From positions 1 to 28,304 of the forward strand of contig CAZHPN010000066.1 of NCBI GenBank assembly GCA_964534375.1: a DNA stretch of 28,304 bases, in the 5' to 3' direction. Every line of letters starts with the position of its first letter. Within the stretch, counting starts at the first letter, position 1. Positions 25,237 to 28,304 of this stretch are shown one piece after another. The notes below the pieces were generated by a model. The model saw nothing but the letters and a program-made list of their open reading frames with translations. It was not told the DNA's origin and did not search any database. The translations under genes and the position numbers were made by a program. This DNA comes from an uncultured bacterium (GTDB taxonomy: Bacteria > Lernaellota > Lernaellaia > Lernaellales > Lernaellaceae).

Positions 25237-25249
25237 AATCAAGCAGTTC
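25237..25249 (+). promoter_or_regulatory. IHF-like binding site
   Basis: AATCAAGCAGTTC versus WATCAANNNNTTR (last base differs), located between the -24 box and the candidate enhancer sites. Confidence 0.45.
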
Positions 25250-25363
25250 CGGAGACGCCCGATCGCTCACGCCGCGGCGTTATGAAATCTTTTCACAGGG
25301 TTGGAAACTTTGTTCACAGCGCGGCCCTGGGCCGCGACCGCGGGCCATGAAGCTTGCCGCGGC

Positions 25364-26488
25364 CTAATCGAGCGCCAGCGCTTTGATCTTGTCGATCCAG
25401 CTTTCTTTTTTCTTGGTCTTGGCTTTGGCGGGTTTGGCGGCCTCGTCGCACGCGGCGAATTGGCGCAAGAGGTCTTCCTGCTCTTTGGTCAACTGGCGGG
25501 GCACTTCGACGGTGGCGACGAACAGCAGATCGCCGCGGCCGTAGCCGCGCACGTGCGGCACGCCTTTGCCGGCCACGCGGATCGTCTGGCCGTGCTGCGT
25601 GCCGCGCGGAATCTTGACGTTGACCTGGCCGTCCAGCGTCGGGGCTTCGATGGTCGCGCCGAGCGTCGCCTGACAAAACGAAACCGGCAACTCGGCGACC
25701 AAGTCGTTGCCGCGCCGCTGGAAGAAATCGTGCTCGCGGACGCGCAGGAAGACGTACAAATCGCCGGTCGCGCCGTTGTTGCCGCCCGGCTCGCCGCGCC
25801 CGGAGATGCGCAACTGGTTCCCGTCTTCGACGCCGGCCGGAATGTTGACCTTCACTTCGGAGGTTTCCAGGACCTTGCCCTTGCCGCTGCAGGTGCGGCA
25901 CGGCTGCTGCACGATCCGCCCGGCGCCGCGGCAGTGGGGGCAGGTCGTGGTCAGCATGAAAAACCCCTGGCTGCGCCGCACTTCGCCGGCCCCGCCGCAC
26001 GACGGACACGTCACGGCCGAGGTGCCCGGCTCCATCGTCGAGCCCTGGCAGCGCGAGCACTGCACGTATTGCGAGATCTCGAACGACTTCGCCGCGCCGA
26101 ACACCGCTTCCTCGAAGTCGATCTCGAGGTCATATCGCAAATCGGCGCCGCGCCGCGGACCCTGCCGCCGCCGGCCGCCGCCAAAATTGAAAAATTCCTC
26201 AAAAATGCCGCCCATCGAGGCGAAGATGTCTTCGAAATTGCTGAAACCGGTGAAGCCCTGACCCTTCAGGCCGTCGTGGCCGTAGGTGTCGTAAATGCGC
26301 CGCTTTTCCGGGTCGGACAGAACCTGATACGCTTCGCTGGCTTCTTTAAAGCGTTTTTCCGCTTCGGGGCTTTCCGGATTGCGATCCGGGTGACATTCGA
26401 GGGCGATTTTCCGATACGCCTTTTTTATCTCGCCGTCGCCGGCGGCGCGGGCCACGCCAAGGATCTCATAGTAGTCCTTGCGAACCAT
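25364..26488 (-). CDS. dnaJ: chaperone DnaJ
   Basis: [21 protein letters not shown] region with DIF, four CxxCxGxG repeats, [14 protein letters not shown]. Confidence 0.97.
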   Translation of the reverse strand: MVRKDYYEILGVARAAGDGEIKKAYRKIALECHPDRNPESPEAEKRFKEASEAYQVLSDPEKRRIYDTYGHDGLKGQGFTGFSNFEDIFASMGGIFEEFFNFGGGRRRQGPRRGADLRYDLEIDFEEAVFGAAKSFEISQYVQCSRCQGSTMEPGTSAVTCPSCGGAGEVRRSQGFFMLTTTCPHCRGAGRIVQQPCRTCSGKGKVLETSEVKVNIPAGVEDGNQLRISGRGEPGGNNGATGDLYVFLRVREHDFFQRRGNDLVAELPVSFCQATLGATIEAPTLDGQVNVKIPRGTQHGQTIRVAGKGVPHVRGYGRGDLLFVATVEVPRQLTKEQEDLLRQFAACDEAAKPAKAKTKKKESWIDKIKALALD

Positions 26489-26538
26489 CGCGTTTCCTCT
26501 AAGCGGCTCGCGGGTCGGACGGCCTGCGCCGATTGCGG

Positions 26539-26733
26539 CTATTTTTCGCCGGGCTTATTGAAGTTGGGCAAATCAAAGATGACGTCTTTCGGAATGACTT
26601 CCGAGTTTTCCGCCGCGTCCGCCAATTGCTTGAGGTATTGCTCGTGGTCCTTCCGCGCAATGCGGCCGGACGCGACATGCCGTTCGACCAGGCGCACGTC
26701 GAAAATCTGCTCGGGTTTGGAAATCGTGACCAT
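26539..26733 (-). CDS. small hypothetical protein (64 aa)
   Basis: Fits between rpoZ and dnaJ, co-oriented, AAGGAG upstream; FDVRLVERH...G.I...D...YL..L.D looks like a real helical protein. Confidence 0.65.
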   Translation of the reverse strand: MVTISKPEQIFDVRLVERHVASGRIARKDHEQYLKQLADAAENSEVIPKDVIFDLPNFNKPGEK

Positions 26734-26751
26734 CCTGCTGACTCCTTCTGC

Positions 26752-26982
26752 CTACTCGAGGTCTTTCGCGATCGTGACGACGCCGTCAATCGGTTTCTTC
26801 AAATTGACTTTCGCCGCGGCGATCTCGCGCAGGGCGTTCACGACGTGCTTGTTGTCGGTCGGTTCTTCGCCCAGGTAACGGCTGCCGCGCATCAACTGTT
26901 TGGTGCGCTTGGCCGTCGCCAAAACGAGCGCAAAGCGGTTCGGAATCCGCTCGATGCAATCTTCCACGGTCACACGCGCCAT
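26752..26982 (-). CDS. rpoZ: DNA-directed RNA polymerase subunit omega
   Basis: MARVTVEDC..RIPNRFALVLAT.KR.KQL..G, NK.VV.ALREIA; GGAGG RBS. Confidence 0.96.
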   Translation of the reverse strand: MARVTVEDCIERIPNRFALVLATAKRTKQLMRGSRYLGEEPTDNKHVVNALREIAAAKVNLKKPIDGVVTIAKDLE

Positions 26983-27060
26983 GACTTTTTCCTCCGTTGC
27001 CGAGGCCGCTTGCCGACCTACGGTAATTTAATCATCGTTTCGCCGTACGGGCGCCGCCAG

Positions 27061-28304
27061 TTATTTCCCCTCGGGGCTCGCGCCGGCGCCCGCCGGCTCT
27101 TCCGCCGCCGGGAGCTGCGCCTTCATTTCGTCGACGCTGGCGGGCAGATCGGCCAGCGTCTTCGGCGGCGTCAGGTACACTGTGTCGGGATAGCCGCCCT
27201 CGACCAGGACGACCAGCCGTTCCTTCTCGTTCGCCTTGCCCGGCGCCGGCGTTTCGGCCGGCGTCGCTTCGGCCGCCTTCGCCGCCGGCGCCGCCGCCTT
27301 CGTTGGCGGCGCGAGCGGAGCGAACTGCACCGGGTCGATCGGCGCCGAGAACCGCAACGTCGCGAGCGCTTTGCCCTCGGCGTCCAGCAGCGTCAGCGAC
27401 GTCGTCTCGCCGGTGCGCAGCGCCTCGGTCAGGCGTTTGGCCCGCGGCCCGCCGACCAGTTCATCGGCGCGCCAGTGCGCGGCCGCGCGCAGCAAGTCGT
27501 CGGCGCGATCCGCGCTCGCCGGCGCACCGTCGGCGAACGCCCAGCCTTTGGCCGAACGTGAGATTCTAAAGGAAGCCTTGGGGCCTTGCAAGTCGATGAT
27601 GCCGACCCGGGTCGGATTCAACACGCCGAGCAAGCGGCGGTCGCGCAGGCCTTCGCGTCCGACCTGAAACGGCATGAGCGTTTGCGCCTGCACGGTGACG
27701 ATGAACGGCCGGCCGCCGGCCTGCGCGTAGTAGATCGCCGAGTTCCCCTCGCGCGCGCCGACGGTCAGCGTCAGCGTCTTTTCCTTTTCGCCTTCGCCGT
27801 AGGTCGCGGCGACCTTCAACGTCGGCTTGTCGAAGGCGTACTTTGGATCATCCAAGGCGGCGTTCTCGGGAAACGTAATCGCCTTGAGGCCGGCAACCTT
27901 GTCCAGAATGGCCTTCATCGCCTCTTCGTCGGCGACCGGGCCATTCGGGCCGTCGAGGCGCCAGACCGGCTCCGCCGCGGCCGGCTCCGGCTCGGGCGTG
28001 CCTTCGGCCTTCGGCGGCTTTTCCTGCACCAGGGTCAACGGCGGCGCGTCCGCGGCGGCGATCTCGATGCGGGACACCTTCAAGCCGGGGTCGCGCAAGC
28101 CGAGCAGTTCGTGCAGCCGGAATTCGGCCACGGGTTTCTCGATGGCCGAAAGGGTGCTGTCGGTGATCAGGAAAACCAGATTTTGATCTTCGGGTTTGAC
28201 GTACGCCGAATTGTCGATCGGGTTTTTCATGCCGACCCGCACGCGTTTCACGACGCCGCCGGCGTCCAGCGTGATGATCGCGCGCGGCTTGTCGAGGCCG
28301 AAGC
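27061..28304 (-). CDS. DUF4340-like domain protein (5' end outside the window)
   Basis: The frame stays open to the window edge (FGLDKPRAIITL...VG.KNP....AYV), with a repeated unit YAFDKP.L.V....L.VG......YY and W.L segments typical of DUF4340. Confidence 0.7.
   Translation of the reverse strand, partial: FGLDKPRAIITLDAGGVVKRVRVGMKNPIDNSAYVKPEDQNLVFLITDSTLSAIEKPVAEFRLHELLGLRDPGLKVSRIEIAAADAPPLTLVQEKPPKAEGTPEPEPAAAEPVWRLDGPNGPVADEEAMKAILDKVAGLKAITFPENAALDDPKYAFDKPTLKVAATYGEGEKEKTLTLTVGAREGNSAIYYAQAGGRPFIVTVQAQTLMPFQVGREGLRDRRLLGVLNPTRVGIIDLQGPKASFRISRSAKGWAFADGAPASADRADDLLRAAAHWRADELVGGPRAKRLTEALRTGETTSLTLLDAEGKALATLRFSAPIDPVQFAPLAPPTKAAAPAAKAAEATPAETPAPGKANEKERLVVLVEGGYPDTVYLTPPKTLADLPASVDEMKAQLPAAEEPAGAGASPEGK

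Noticed and set aside
25364..26488. dnaJ without adjacent dnaK/grpE
   Set aside because: Stand-alone dnaJ copies are common and the protein looks canonical.

Overview
GC-rich bacterial chromosomal segment, almost all on the minus strand; gene style suggests a deltaproteobacterial/myxobacteria-like lineage (inference). From the left: gatC (partial) and a zinc-ribbon/TPR membrane protein. Next is an unusual acyl-CoA catabolic cluster: three acyl-CoA dehydrogenases (one with Glu->Gln at the catalytic base), a BKACE/DUF849 enzyme, and a thiolase-fold protein lacking the nucleophilic Cys coupled to a DUF35 partner. A visibly AT-richer GmrSD-like (DUF262 + HNH) gene with a fused C-terminal HEPN domain sits inside that cluster. 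Then come a polytopic membrane protein, a MEDS-4xPAS sensor with no output domain, and a divergent HxlR/PaaI pair. An accessory island (about 17.1-25.3 kb) holds four lipoproteins sharing an Asp/Asn-rich stalk (one FGE/C-lectin-fold head; three genes with 35 W-G repeat blades, about five 7-bladed propellers), two internally deleted RAYT (Y1 transposase) relics, an 80-bp orphan copy of a propeller gene 3' end and a sigma54-type promoter. The window ends with dnaJ, a small ORF, rpoZ and a partial DUF4340-like gene. No CRISPR array, rRNA, tRNA or reverse transcriptase was seen. All family calls are from motif recognition by eye, not database searches.
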